From: Paracoccaceae bacterium
GTDB lineage: Bacteria; Pseudomonadota; Alphaproteobacteria; Rhodobacterales; Rhodobacteraceae
DNA: 64,000 nt
Reading direction: 5' to 3'
Assembly: GCA_050485905.1 (NCBI GenBank)
Contig: JBJHCH010000004.1
Coordinates: 150 to 64,149 of the forward strand
The notes below the pieces were generated by a model that saw only the letters and a list, made by a program, of their open reading frames with translations, was not told where the DNA came from and searched no databases. The translations under genes were made by a program, and so were the position numbers. Of the stretch, positions 1 through 9,378 are shown piece by piece (within the stretch, counting starts at the first letter, position 1; the number at the start of each line of letters is the position of its first letter).

Positions 1-70
1 GATGCAGGATGGCACGTTCCGGCAGGCCACGGCTCTGGTGCGGGTGACCATCGGCGGCTGCGGCGGCTGA
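1..70 (+). CDS. soxY: SoxY sulfur-carrier protein, 3' end only (gene begins upstream of the window)
   Basis: The frame starting at nt 2 reads MQDGTFRQATALVRVTIGGCGG followed by a stop. The C-terminal GGCGG cysteine arm is diagnostic of SoxY. soxZ follows 17 nt later. Confidence 0.8.
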   Translation, partial: MQDGTFRQATALVRVTIGGCGG

Positions 71-87
71 GCGAGAGGGAGGAAGAC

Positions 88-420
88 ATGGATACGATCG
101 ACGCACGCCCCAGGGTCCGCGTTCCGCGAGAAGCCAGCGCCGGCGAGGTGGTGGACATCCGCACGCTGATCTCTCACCCGATGCACAACGGCCATACGGC
201 CGATGCCGACGGCAACGTGATCCCGCGGCACATCATCAACCGCTTCACCTGCACCTTCAACGGCGACCTCGTGCTGGAGATGGACATCGAGCCCAGCTTT
301 GCCGCGAACCCCTATATCGAGTTCCGCGCAACGGTGCCGGAATCGGGCACGTTCGAGTTCACATGGTACGATGACAACGGCGATGTCTACACCGAGACAG
401 CCGAGATCACTGTGAACTAG
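88..420 (+). CDS. soxZ: SoxZ, partner of SoxY in the thiosulfate-oxidation carrier complex
   Basis: 110 aa. The INRFTC and FTWYDDNGDVY segments match Paracoccus-type SoxZ. A purine-rich RBS (gagggaggaag) lies just upstream. Confidence 0.95.
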   Translation: MDTIDARPRVRVPREASAGEVVDIRTLISHPMHNGHTADADGNVIPRHIINRFTCTFNGDLVLEMDIEPSFAANPYIEFRATVPESGTFEFTWYDDNGDVYTETAEITVN

Positions 421-510
421 GGCTCAGCCCCAACCAAATCCGAAATGCCCCTGCCGCGTCGGCCCCACCGGCGCGACGGGAAAGGTCTGTCCCGAAGACA
501 AGGTCCACCC

Positions 511-2202
511 ATGATCTCTCGCCGCCATTTCGCCCAGGCCGGTCTGGCCACCGCAGCCCTGATGGGTTCGGGGCTTTCCGGGAACTGGGCGCGGCTGGCC
601 GCCCAGCAGCGGTTGACCCAGGCGGACCTGCTGGACATGGCGCCCTTCGGCAACGTCACCCTGATCCATCTGACCGACCTGCACGCACAACTGCGCCCGA
701 TCTGGTTCCGCGAGGCCGATACCAAGCTCGGCGCAGGCGCGGCGCGCGGCCAGCCGCCGCATCTGACCGGCGACGCCTTCCTCAGCCACTACGGGATCGC
801 CCCCGGCACGCCCATGGCCCATGCCCTGACGCATCACGATTTTGTGGCGCTGGGGCAGAGCTATGGCCGGATGGGCGGGCTGGACCGGATCGCCACCGTC
901 GTGAAGGCGATCCGCGCCGACCGGCCCGACGCGCTGCTGTTGGATGGCGGCGACACATGGCACGGCTCGCTGACCACCCTGCGCACCGCCGGGCAGGACA
1001 TGGTCAACTGCATGAACCTGCTGTCCCCGGACGCGATGACCGCGCATTGGGAGTTCACGCTGGGCTTTGACCGGGTGGAGGAACTGGTGGCCGCGCTGCC
1101 CTTCCCGTTCCTTGGCGCGAATGTTTATGACGCCGACTGGAACGAACCGCACCTGCCCCCCTACGCGATGTTCGACCGCGGCGGCGCCCGGATCGCGGTG
1201 ATCGGGCAGGCGTTCCCCTACACCCCTATCGCCAACCCCCGCTGGATGTTCGACCAACTGACCTTTGGCATCCGCGAGAACCGCATCGCCGAGGTGGTGG
1301 AGGAAGTGCGCGCCGATGGCGCCGATCTGGTGGTGCTGCTGTCGCACAACGGGTTCGACGTGGACCGCAAGATGGCGGCGCAGGTGCCGGGGATCGACGT
1401 GATCCTGACCGGCCACACCCATGACGCCTTGCCGGAGCCGCTGCTGGTCGGGCAGACGCTGCTGATCGCCTCTGGCTCCAACGGAAAATTCGTCGGGCGG
1501 GTCGATCTGGATGTGCGCGACGGCGCGTTGCAAGGCTTCCGCCATCGGCTGATCCCGGTCTTTTCCGACGTGATCGAGGCTGACGCCGAGATGGCGGCGC
1601 AGATCGCCGCCGAGCGCGCGCCGTTCGAGGCCGAACTGACAGAGGTGATCGGCCATACCGACGACCTGCTTTACCGGCGGGGGAACTTCAACGGCAGCTG
1701 GGACGACCTGATCTGCACCGCCCTGCTGGAGGAGCGCGACGCAGAGATCGCGCTGTCGCCCGGCGTGCGCTGGGGGCCGTCGCTGATGCCCGGCGATCCG
1801 ATCACGCGCGAGGATATCTACAACGTCACATCCATGACCTACGGCCAGGCCTACCGGCGCGAGATGACGGGGGCCGACCTGCACGCCGCGCTGGAGGATA
1901 TCGCCGAGAACCTGTTCCACCCCGACCCCTATTTCCAGCAGGGCGGCGACATGGTGCGAGTGGGCGGCATGGGCTACCGGATCGACGTTTCGGCCGATTT
2001 CGGCAACCGGATCGACAACCTGACCCATCTGGCCAGCGGCGCGCCCATCGAGCCCGACCGCGCCTATATGGTTGCCGGCTGGGCCAGCATCAACGAAGGC
2101 ACCGAAGGGCCGCAGATCTGGGACGTGGTAGAGGCGCATGTCCGCCGTCACGGCACCGTCACCGTGCCCCCGAACAATTCGATAGAGATCACCGGCGTCT
2201 GA
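511..2202 (+). CDS. soxB: SoxB thiosulfohydrolase (dimanganese 5'-nucleotidase-like)
   Basis: Track ORF 445..2202. I moved the start to ATG 511, which gives a twin-arginine signal (MISRRHFAQAGLATAAL). Metallophosphoesterase motifs LIHLTDLH and GGDTWHGS are present, with a 5'-nucleotidase-like C-terminal domain. Confidence 0.93.
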   Translation: MISRRHFAQAGLATAALMGSGLSGNWARLAAQQRLTQADLLDMAPFGNVTLIHLTDLHAQLRPIWFREADTKLGAGAARGQPPHLTGDAFLSHYGIAPGTPMAHALTHHDFVALGQSYGRMGGLDRIATVVKAIRADRPDALLLDGGDTWHGSLTTLRTAGQDMVNCMNLLSPDAMTAHWEFTLGFDRVEELVAALPFPFLGANVYDADWNEPHLPPYAMFDRGGARIAVIGQAFPYTPIANPRWMFDQLTFGIRENRIAEVVEEVRADGADLVVLLSHNGFDVDRKMAAQVPGIDVILTGHTHDALPEPLLVGQTLLIASGSNGKFVGRVDLDVRDGALQGFRHRLIPVFSDVIEADAEMAAQIAAERAPFEAELTEVIGHTDDLLYRRGNFNGSWDDLICTALLEERDAEIALSPGVRWGPSLMPGDPITREDIYNVTSMTYGQAYRREMTGADLHAALEDIAENLFHPDPYFQQGGDMVRVGGMGYRIDVSADFGNRIDNLTHLASGAPIEPDRAYMVAGWASINEGTEGPQIWDVVEAHVRRHGTVTVPPNNSIEITGV

Positions 2203-2232
2203 CGCCGGGCCGCAGTCGAGGAGGAGGAAAGA

Positions 2233-3501
2233 ATGAGCGAAACACCAAGCGCCCCCGGCCGACGCGCCTTTCTGCGCGGCGCTGGCCTTGCTGCCGGCGG
2301 GCTTGTCGCGGGCAGCGTCGCGGCGCGCGCGCAAACACCCGACCCGCTGATTACCGAGGTGCAGCCATGGGCGCAGTATCTGGGTGATGGCGTGGACGCC
2401 CGGCCCTATGGCAAGCCGTCGCGGCACGAGGCGCATGTGATCCGCCGCAATGTCGAATGGCTGACCGCCGACACCGCCAGTTCGGTAAACTTCACTCCGA
2501 TCCACGAGCTTGACGGGATCATCACCCCGAACGGCCTCTGCTTCGAGCGGCACCACGCCGGCATAGCCGAGATCGCGCCCGACGACTATCGGCTGATGAT
2601 CAACGGGCTGGTGGACCGTCCGCTGGTCTTCACCCTTCAGGATCTGATGCGCTTTCCCCGCGTGAACCGCATCCACTTCCTCGAATGTGCGGCGAACACC
2701 GGCATGGAGTGGCGCGGTGCGCAGTTGAACGGCTGCCAGTTCACCCACGGCATGATCCACAACTGCATGTATACCGGCGTCACCCTGCGCACCCTGCTGG
2801 CAGAAGCCGGCGTGCAGCCAGAGGGCACTTGGCTGCTGGCCGAGGGTGCGGATGCCAGCGCCATGTCCCGCTCGATCCCGATGGAAAAGGCGCTGGACGA
2901 CTGCATGATCGCCTTCAAGATGAACGGCGAGGCGCTGCGCGAGGAACAGGGCTATCCCGTCCGGCTGGTCGTGCCGGGCTGGGAGGGCAACATGTGGGTC
3001 AAATGGCTGCGCCGCCTGGAAGTTGGCGACGAGCCTTGGCACCACCGCGAAGAAACCTCGAAATACACCGACCTGCTGGGCGATGGCCGCGCGCGGCGCT
3101 TCACATGGGAGATGCACGCGAAGTCGGTCATCACCAGCCCTTCGCCGCAGGCGCCGATCCGTCACGGCCACGGGCCACTGGTGATCACCGGGCTGGCCTG
3201 GTCGGGCACCGGCACCATCGCCTCGGTCGATGTCTCCATCGACGGCGGGCGGAACTGGCAGCAGGCGCGGATCGATGGCCCCAGCCTCGACAAGTCGCTG
3301 CACCGTTTCTACCTGGAAATCGACTGGGATGGCCGCGACCTTTACCTGCAAAGCCGGGCGACCGATGCACTGGGCTACACCCAGCCCACAAAGGAGGCGC
3401 TGCGCGCCTTCCGCGGGTCGGCCTCGATCTACCACATGAACGGGATCCAGACCTGGCACGTCAATTCCAACGGAGAGGCCGAGAATGTCGAGATTTCCTG
3501 A
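2233..3501 (+). CDS. soxC: SoxC sulfane dehydrogenase, molybdopterin subunit
   Basis: 422 aa with a Tat signal (GRRAFLRGAGLAAGG). Sulfite-oxidase-family core (FERHHAG, PVRLVVPGWEGNMWVKWLRRLEV). Strong RBS gaggaggaggaaaga. Confidence 0.95.
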   Translation: MSETPSAPGRRAFLRGAGLAAGGLVAGSVAARAQTPDPLITEVQPWAQYLGDGVDARPYGKPSRHEAHVIRRNVEWLTADTASSVNFTPIHELDGIITPNGLCFERHHAGIAEIAPDDYRLMINGLVDRPLVFTLQDLMRFPRVNRIHFLECAANTGMEWRGAQLNGCQFTHGMIHNCMYTGVTLRTLLAEAGVQPEGTWLLAEGADASAMSRSIPMEKALDDCMIAFKMNGEALREEQGYPVRLVVPGWEGNMWVKWLRRLEVGDEPWHHREETSKYTDLLGDGRARRFTWEMHAKSVITSPSPQAPIRHGHGPLVITGLAWSGTGTIASVDVSIDGGRNWQQARIDGPSLDKSLHRFYLEIDWDGRDLYLQSRATDALGYTQPTKEALRAFRGSASIYHMNGIQTWHVNSNGEAENVEIS

Positions 3502-4519
3502 GATCGCACTGGCCTCGCTGCTGCTGGCGTCACCGGCTGTTGCCGAACCGCTGGGCCTTGGCCGCCCTGCCCTGCCCGAAGAGATCGCGGCTTGGGACAT
3601 CGACATCCGCCCCGACGGGCTGGGCCTGCCAGAGGGGTCGGGAGATGTCTGGATGGGCGAGGAACTATACGAGGCGCAATGCGCCCATTGCCACGGTGTC
3701 TTTGGCGAAGCGGTCGGCAACTGGCCGCAGCTCGCCGGCGGCTTCGGCACCCTGACGCACGAGCATCCGGTAAAGACTGTCGGCTCCTACTGGCCCTATG
3801 CCTCGACCGTCTGGGACTATGTGAACCGCGCCATGCCCTACGGCGCCGCGCAGACGCTGGAGCCGGACGAGGTCTATGCGATCACCGCCTATCTGCTCTA
3901 CCTCAACGATCTGGTGGATGACGACTTCGAGCTGAGCCAAGAGAACTTTGCCGAGGTGCGCCTGCCGAACGAGGACGGCTTCTATCTCGACGACCGCAAG
4001 GAAACCGAGTGGCCGACCTTTACGCAGGCGCCCTGCATGAGCGATTGTGCCGAGGGCGAGGCCCAGGTGGCGATGCGCGCCGCCGTGCTGGACGTGACGC
4101 CCGATCAGGACCATTCGGCCCTGCGCGACATAACGCCCACAGCGGCAGAGGTGGACGTGGCGGCAGAGGCAGCGCCCGAGGCCCCCGCCGGCCCCGACCC
4201 GGAACTGGTCGCCGCGGGCGAGCGCGCGTTTCGCGCCTGTGCGGCCTGCCACAATGTCGGCGAGGGCGCGCGCAATGGCGTCGGCCCGCAGTTGAACGGC
4301 ATCGTCGGCGCACCCGCCGCCCATGCCGACGGCTTCCGCTATTCCCCGGCGCTGACCGCCGCCGCCGAGGGCGGTCTGGTCTGGACCGAGGAGGAGCTTG
4401 TTGCGTTCATCGAGAACCCGCGCCAGTATCTGAGCGGGAACAGGATGAGTTACGCCGGCATGAGAAACGCCGAGGACCGCGCCGCGGTCATCGCCTACCT
4501 CTCGACGTTCGAGGAGTAG
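3485..4519 (+). CDS. soxD: SoxD diheme cytochrome c subunit of SoxCD
   Basis: 344 aa. The start overlaps the soxC stop. Sec signal, then two heme-c motifs (CAHCH and CAACH). Confidence 0.9.
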   Translation: MSRFPEIALASLLLASPAVAEPLGLGRPALPEEIAAWDIDIRPDGLGLPEGSGDVWMGEELYEAQCAHCHGVFGEAVGNWPQLAGGFGTLTHEHPVKTVGSYWPYASTVWDYVNRAMPYGAAQTLEPDEVYAITAYLLYLNDLVDDDFELSQENFAEVRLPNEDGFYLDDRKETEWPTFTQAPCMSDCAEGEAQVAMRAAVLDVTPDQDHSALRDITPTAAEVDVAAEAAPEAPAGPDPELVAAGERAFRACAACHNVGEGARNGVGPQLNGIVGAPAAHADGFRYSPALTAAAEGGLVWTEEELVAFIENPRQYLSGNRMSYAGMRNAEDRAAVIAYLSTFEE

Positions 4520-4522
4520 GCG

Positions 4523-5305
4523 ATGGCGGGTCACGCGAGCACCACCGCGCCGCCGGTCGCGGCGATCGTCGCGGCCGTGCTGGTCGCGGCGATCGTCGCG
4601 GCCGTGCTGGTCGCGGCGGCCCTGCCGCAGCCCGCCGGTGCGCAGCTTGGCCAGGGGGCAGCGCCCCTTGGCGATGTCGACCACGGCGCAGAACTCTGGC
4701 AGACCGAATGCGCCGCCTGTCACGAGATGGGCGAAGGGGCCGAGAACACCATCGGCCCGCATCTGACGCGGATCTTCGGGCGCCGGGCCGGGTCGCTTGG
4801 CGGGTTCGAATATTCGTCGTCGATCCGTCGCATGGGCGACGACGGCCTGCGCTGGGATTTCCGCACGCTCGATGCCTATATCGCCAATCCCTACTCGCTC
4901 GTCTCGGGCACCCGGATGGGCTATCCGGGGCTGGAGGACGCGCAGGAGCGCGCCGACCTGATCGCCTTCATGCGCGAGTTTTCTGACGAGCCCGGCAACA
5001 TCCCCGAGGCCGCGCCGACCGCCCGGCGGGTAGAGATCGAATTGCCGCCCGAGGTGTTGGCGATCAAGGGCGACCGGGAATACGGCGAATACCTCGCCAG
5101 CGAATGCACCACCTGCCACCAGCGCGACGGCGCCGCCGAGGGGATCCCGTCGATCACCTACTGGCCCGAGGATCGTTTCGTGGTAGCGATGCACGCCTAC
5201 CGCGAGGGGCTGCGGCCGCATCAGGTGATGCAGACCGTCGCGCGGCGCCTCGGCGACGAGGAGATCGCGGCGCTGGCGGCCTATTTCGCGACAATCGGGG
5301 ACTGA
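4523..5305 (+). CDS. soxE: SoxE-like diheme cytochrome c
   Basis: 260 aa with two CXXCH motifs (CAACH, CTTCH). It sits between soxD and soxF, as in Paracoccus-type clusters. The N-terminal hydrophobic region contains a perfect 27-bp tandem duplication. Confidence 0.8.
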   Translation: MAGHASTTAPPVAAIVAAVLVAAIVAAVLVAAALPQPAGAQLGQGAAPLGDVDHGAELWQTECAACHEMGEGAENTIGPHLTRIFGRRAGSLGGFEYSSSIRRMGDDGLRWDFRTLDAYIANPYSLVSGTRMGYPGLEDAQERADLIAFMREFSDEPGNIPEAAPTARRVEIELPPEVLAIKGDREYGEYLASECTTCHQRDGAAEGIPSITYWPEDRFVVAMHAYREGLRPHQVMQTVARRLGDEEIAALAAYFATIGD

Positions 5306-5329
5306 ACACTCAACGGGGGAGGGAACACA

Positions 5330-6595
5330 ATGCACCTGAAAAGACGGACTTTCATCGGCAGCCTTGCGGCCGGATCCGCGCTTCTGGCGGCGCCGGCGGT
5401 GCTGGGTCAGGGGCGGCCGCGCGTCGTCGTGGTCGGCGGCGGCTCGGGCGGGGCGACAGCCGCGCGCTACATCGCCATGGGCGCCGCGGGCGCCATCGAC
5501 GTCACGCTGGTCGAACCGGCACGGCGCTACTACACCTGCTACTTCTCGAACCTCTATCTGGGTGGGTTCTGGGATTTTGACGGGCTGGGCCATGACTACG
5601 GAGCGCTGGCCAGCCGCCACGGCATCAACGTGGTGCATGACTGGGCGGTGGGCGTGGACCGCGAGGCGCGCACCGTCGAACTCGCCGGTGGCGGAACGCT
5701 GTCCTATGACAAGCTGGTCCTGTCGCCCGGCATCGACTTCGTCGAGGGCAGCGTGCCGGGCTGGGACATCACCACCCAGAACGCCATGCCGCATGCCTAC
5801 AAGGCCGGCAGCCAGACCCAGCTTCTGAAGGCACAGGTCGAGAACATGCGCGAGGGCGGGGTCTTTGCCATGGTCGCCCCCCCCAACCCCTACCGCTGCC
5901 CGCCGGGGCCGTATGAGCGGATCTCGATGGTTGCCCATCTGCTGAGCGAGCGCAATCCAACTGCCAAGATCCTGATCGTGGATCCAAAGGAGAGCTTCTC
6001 GAAACAGGCGCTGTTCGAAGAGGGCTGGAACCGCCACTACCCCGGCATGGTCGAACGCGTCGGCCCCGATTTCGGCGGCGACGTGGTCGAGGTCGATGCC
6101 GAGGCGATGACGGTGTCCATCGACGGCGAGGTCGAACAGGTCGATGTCTGCAACGTGATCGCGGCGCAAAAGGCCGGGCGGATCGCGGAACTGGCCGGCA
6201 TCACCAACGACGCCGGCTGGGCGCCGGTCGATCCCTTCACGATGAAAAGCCGCAGCGACGAGGATGTCTTCGTCCTCGGTGACGCCAGCCAGCAGGGTGA
6301 CATGCCGAAATCCGCCTTCTCGGCCAACAGCCAGGCCAAGGTCGCGGCGAACGTCATCCGGCACGAGCTGACCGACGCCCGGCTGTTCCCGGCGCGCTAT
6401 TCCAACACCTGCTGGTCGCTGATCGCGACCGAGGACGGGGTGAAGGTCGGCGCCAGCTACGAGCCGACCGAGGAAAAGATCGCCAGCGTGGACAGCTTCA
6501 TCAGCCAGACCGGCGAGGATAACGACCTGCGCCGCGCGACCTATGAGGAAAGCATCGGCTGGTATAACGGCATCGTGGACGACATGTTCAGCTAA
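5330..6595 (+). CDS. soxF: SoxF, flavocytochrome c sulfide dehydrogenase-type flavoprotein
   Basis: 421 aa with a Tat signal (KRRTFIGSLAAGSALLAAPAVLG). FAD Rossmann motif VVVVGGGSGGATAA. FccB/SoxF-like throughout. Confidence 0.9.
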   Translation: MHLKRRTFIGSLAAGSALLAAPAVLGQGRPRVVVVGGGSGGATAARYIAMGAAGAIDVTLVEPARRYYTCYFSNLYLGGFWDFDGLGHDYGALASRHGINVVHDWAVGVDREARTVELAGGGTLSYDKLVLSPGIDFVEGSVPGWDITTQNAMPHAYKAGSQTQLLKAQVENMREGGVFAMVAPPNPYRCPPGPYERISMVAHLLSERNPTAKILIVDPKESFSKQALFEEGWNRHYPGMVERVGPDFGGDVVEVDAEAMTVSIDGEVEQVDVCNVIAAQKAGRIAELAGITNDAGWAPVDPFTMKSRSDEDVFVLGDASQQGDMPKSAFSANSQAKVAANVIRHELTDARLFPARYSNTCWSLIATEDGVKVGASYEPTEEKIASVDSFISQTGEDNDLRRATYEESIGWYNGIVDDMFS

Positions 6596-6616
6596 TCGCC
6601 GTCACGCCGGGGCGGC

Positions 6617-8191
6617 TTACCCCCCGGCGCGCAACTCGATCATCGCGGGGCCGCCACTGGCGGCCCCTTTCAGTTCCATGATCGCCGTCGTCAGCGCCTC
6701 GGCCGCGCAGGGGATCGACCGGAACGGAATCTCGCAGCCTTCCGCGAACAGATCCAGCTGGGGCGGGCGCGGGTCGCAGCCGATCACCTCGGCCCCGGCC
6801 TCGCGCATCGCCAGCGCGATCTCGTCGAACCCGTGATTGTTCAGCACGACAAAGATCACCCGCGCGCCTTCGTCCACCGCCGTCATCACCTCGCCCGGCG
6901 CGAACTGCAGCCCGCCGTCGCCGACCAGACAGACCACCGGCGCGGCCGGATCGGCAATGGCCGCCCCCACCGCCGCGCCGACGCCATGGCCCAGCGCACC
7001 GAAACCGGTGGCGGCGTTGAACCAGCCGCCGGGGCGGTCGTGGTCCAGAAACAGGTTGCCGGCATAGACCATCCGGGTGGAATCGCCCACGATCACCGCC
7101 TCCGGCAGGCCCTCGCGGATCGCGCCGATCAGTGCCACATCGGCCTGCGCGCCCGCGTCCAGTTCCGCCCAGGCCGCCTGCCGCGCCGCCCCGGCCCGCG
7201 CCGTGCCATCGCCCGACCGCGCGGAAACCGCCTGCGCCAGCGCGGCCAACGCCGCGCCCGCCTCGGCCCGTATCGTCAGCGCCGCCGGGTGGCGGTCCAG
7301 TTGCGCCGCGTCGATGTCGATGCGGATCATCCCCGACAGGTCGGGCATCCCGCCGCGCTGGTTGATGTCGAAATCCGTCTGGCCGATCTCCGTGCCCACC
7401 GCCAGCACCCGGTCGGACCCGGCGATCAGATCGCGCACCGCCTGCAGGCTGGGGCTGGCGGGCACCACCAGCGGATGGCCGTGCAGCAGCCCGCGCGCGT
7501 TCACCGTCAGCACCACCGGCGCATCCAGCCGTTCGGCCAGCGCCCTGAGCGTCGCATCCGCCCGCGCGGCCCCGCCCCCGGCAAGGATCACGGGCGCCCG
7601 CGCCCCGGACAGAAGGACGCTCGCGCGTGCCACCGCCGGATCGGGCGGCGCGGGGATCGGGGCGGGTGCGGGCAGGCGCTCGCAGGGCAGCTTCATCACA
7701 TCCAGCGGCACCTCCAGATGCACCGGGCCGGGCCGCGCGCCCAGCATCGCCGCAAAGGCGCGGTCCAGCGCCGGGGCCAGATCCTCAGGCCCCTCCACCC
7801 GTTCGGAATGAAGCGCCACCTGCGCCACCATCGCGCGCTGGTCGGGCAGTTCGTGCAGATGCCCCAGTCCCCTGCCCAGCGTCGGCAGCCGGTTGACGCC
7901 CGACACCACCAGCATCGGCACCGAATCCGCCCGCGCCTGCGCCATCGCGGTCAGGATGTTCGTGACCCCCGGCCCGGTGATGACAAACCCCACCCCCGGC
8001 TTGCCGGAAACGCGGGCATAGCCATCGGCCATGAACCCCGCGCCCTGTTCATGCCTAGCGGTGACATGGCGGATGCCCGATCCGGCAAGGCCCCGGTAAA
8101 GCTCGATCGTATGCACGCCGGGTATGCCGAAGACGACCTCCACCCCCCGCGCTGCCAGCCCCTCGACCAGCCGCTGGCCCACCGTCCTCAT
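6617..8191 (-). CDS. Thiamine-diphosphate-dependent enzyme, acetolactate-synthase-large-subunit-like (candidate 2-oxoacid decarboxylase, AruI-like)
   Basis: 524 aa. N-terminal ThDP pyrimidine-binding domain (VEVVFGIPGVHTIELY) and C-terminal GDGG..NN ThDP/Mg motif (LVGDGGLQF...VVLNNHGF). Its start overlaps the stop of the upstream aminotransferase. Confidence 0.85.
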   Translation of the reverse strand: MRTVGQRLVEGLAARGVEVVFGIPGVHTIELYRGLAGSGIRHVTARHEQGAGFMADGYARVSGKPGVGFVITGPGVTNILTAMAQARADSVPMLVVSGVNRLPTLGRGLGHLHELPDQRAMVAQVALHSERVEGPEDLAPALDRAFAAMLGARPGPVHLEVPLDVMKLPCERLPAPAPIPAPPDPAVARASVLLSGARAPVILAGGGAARADATLRALAERLDAPVVLTVNARGLLHGHPLVVPASPSLQAVRDLIAGSDRVLAVGTEIGQTDFDINQRGGMPDLSGMIRIDIDAAQLDRHPAALTIRAEAGAALAALAQAVSARSGDGTARAGAARQAAWAELDAGAQADVALIGAIREGLPEAVIVGDSTRMVYAGNLFLDHDRPGGWFNAATGFGALGHGVGAAVGAAIADPAAPVVCLVGDGGLQFAPGEVMTAVDEGARVIFVVLNNHGFDEIALAMREAGAEVIGCDPRPPQLDLFAEGCEIPFRSIPCAAEALTTAIMELKGAASGGPAMIELRAGG

Positions 8192-9378
8192 GCGGCGGCC
8201 CGGTGGCGCGCATGGGCCAGGATGCGGTCGCAGGCGGCGATCAGCGCCTCATCCTCGACCGTCAGCGCCAGCCGCACCCAGCCCTCCAGTGCCGCGCCAA
8301 AGGAACAGCCGGGCATCACCGCCACGCCCGCAGTCTCCACCAGATCGAACGAATAGTCGCGCGAGGTCATCCCCGTCGCGCGGATGTCCAGCAGCGCGAA
8401 CATCCCCGCCTCGGGCCGATGCACCGCCAGCCCCTCGGACCCCCCCAGCCGGTCGGCCACGATCCCCGCCCGCCGCGCCAGCCGTTCCCGCATCCCCGCC
8501 GCCACCTGCGACGGTTCCGCCACCGCCAGCGCGGTCGCGTCGGCCAGAAACGGCTGGTTGCCGAACAGCATCGTCTCGGCCAGCGGCAGCGCCCGCGCGC
8601 AGAACTCCGCCGGCCCGACGCACCAGCCCGACCGGAAGCCCGGCGCCGCGTGGGATTTCGAGATCGAGGAGGCGACGATCACCCGCTCCGCCAGCCCCGC
8701 ATCCCCCAGTGGAGAGATGAATTGCACGCCATCGAACACCAGTTCCTCATAGACCTCGTCCGCCACGATCCACAGATCCTGCGCCTGCGCCAGTGCGCCG
8801 ATTGCGGCGATGTCCTCGCTGCGCAGCACCGCGCCGGTGGGGTTGTGCGGGCTGTTCAGCAGGATCGCCCGCGTCACCGGGGTGATCCGCGCCGCCAGAT
8901 CCTCGACCCTGATGCGGAAGCCCCGCTCGGGCCGCAGCGGCACCGGCACCGCCCGCGCCCCGGTCCCCGCGATCACGCCCTCATAGGTCGCATACATCGG
9001 GTCGCCCACCAGCACCTCATCGCCCGGCCCGACCAGCGCCAGCATCACGGCGAAGAGCGTGGTCTGCGTGCCTGGAAAGCACATCACCTGATCGGTCCCG
9101 ATCTCGCGCCCGCAACGCGCCGAATAGCGCGCGGCCAGCGCCGCCACCAGCGCAGGCTCGCCCCGGCCGTTGGAATAGCCCGTGCGCCCGGCGCGCATCG
9201 CTGCCGCCGCCGCGTCGATCAGGTCGTCCGGCGTCGGCGCGTCCGGTTCCCCGATCGTCAGCTCGATCACGTCGCGCCCCTGCGCCGCCAGCGCCCGCGC
9301 CCGCGCATGGACCAGCCACTTCGCCCCGCCCAGCCCCGCCAGCCGTTCCGTCACCGCCGCATAGCGCATCGCCGTCAC
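8188..9378 (-). CDS. PLP-dependent class I/II aminotransferase (AruH-like arginine:pyruvate transaminase candidate)
   Basis: 396 aa. Typical fold-type I motifs (LNSPHNPTGAV, SISKSHAAPGFRSGW). The N-terminus MRYAAVTERLAGLGGAKW resembles AruH-type enzymes. Coupled to the TetR gene and to the ThDP enzyme. Confidence 0.85.
   Translation of the reverse strand: MTAMRYAAVTERLAGLGGAKWLVHARARALAAQGRDVIELTIGEPDAPTPDDLIDAAAAAMRAGRTGYSNGRGEPALVAALAARYSARCGREIGTDQVMCFPGTQTTLFAVMLALVGPGDEVLVGDPMYATYEGVIAGTGARAVPVPLRPERGFRIRVEDLAARITPVTRAILLNSPHNPTGAVLRSEDIAAIGALAQAQDLWIVADEVYEELVFDGVQFISPLGDAGLAERVIVASSISKSHAAPGFRSGWCVGPAEFCARALPLAETMLFGNQPFLADATALAVAEPSQVAAGMRERLARRAGIVADRLGGSEGLAVHRPEAGMFALLDIRATGMTSRDYSFDLVETAGVAVMPGCSFGAALEGWVRLALTVEDEALIAACDRILAHARHRAAA

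Noticed and set aside
424-3750. 1108-aa ORF on the minus strand covering soxB and soxC
   Set aside because: It is antisense to two genes with unmistakable family signatures. Its product is a low-complexity Arg/Gly/Ala/Pro-rich sequence with no recognisable domains. Long stop-free antisense frames are expected in GC-rich DNA.
4556-4618. Possible CRISPR-like or minisatellite array
   Set aside because: There are only 2.3 units, no spacers, and the repeat is in frame within soxE. It is a simple tandem duplication.
3665-6364. 899-aa minus-strand ORF covering soxD, soxE and soxF
   Set aside because: Same reasoning: it is antisense to well-supported cytochrome and flavoprotein genes and has no domain features.
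6596-6625. Hairpin gccgggg-N9-ccccggc between soxF and the convergent ThDP-enzyme gene as a bidirectional terminator
   Set aside because: The stem overlaps the stop codon of the ThDP gene, has a large loop, and lacks flanking T or A tracts. This is too weak to call.
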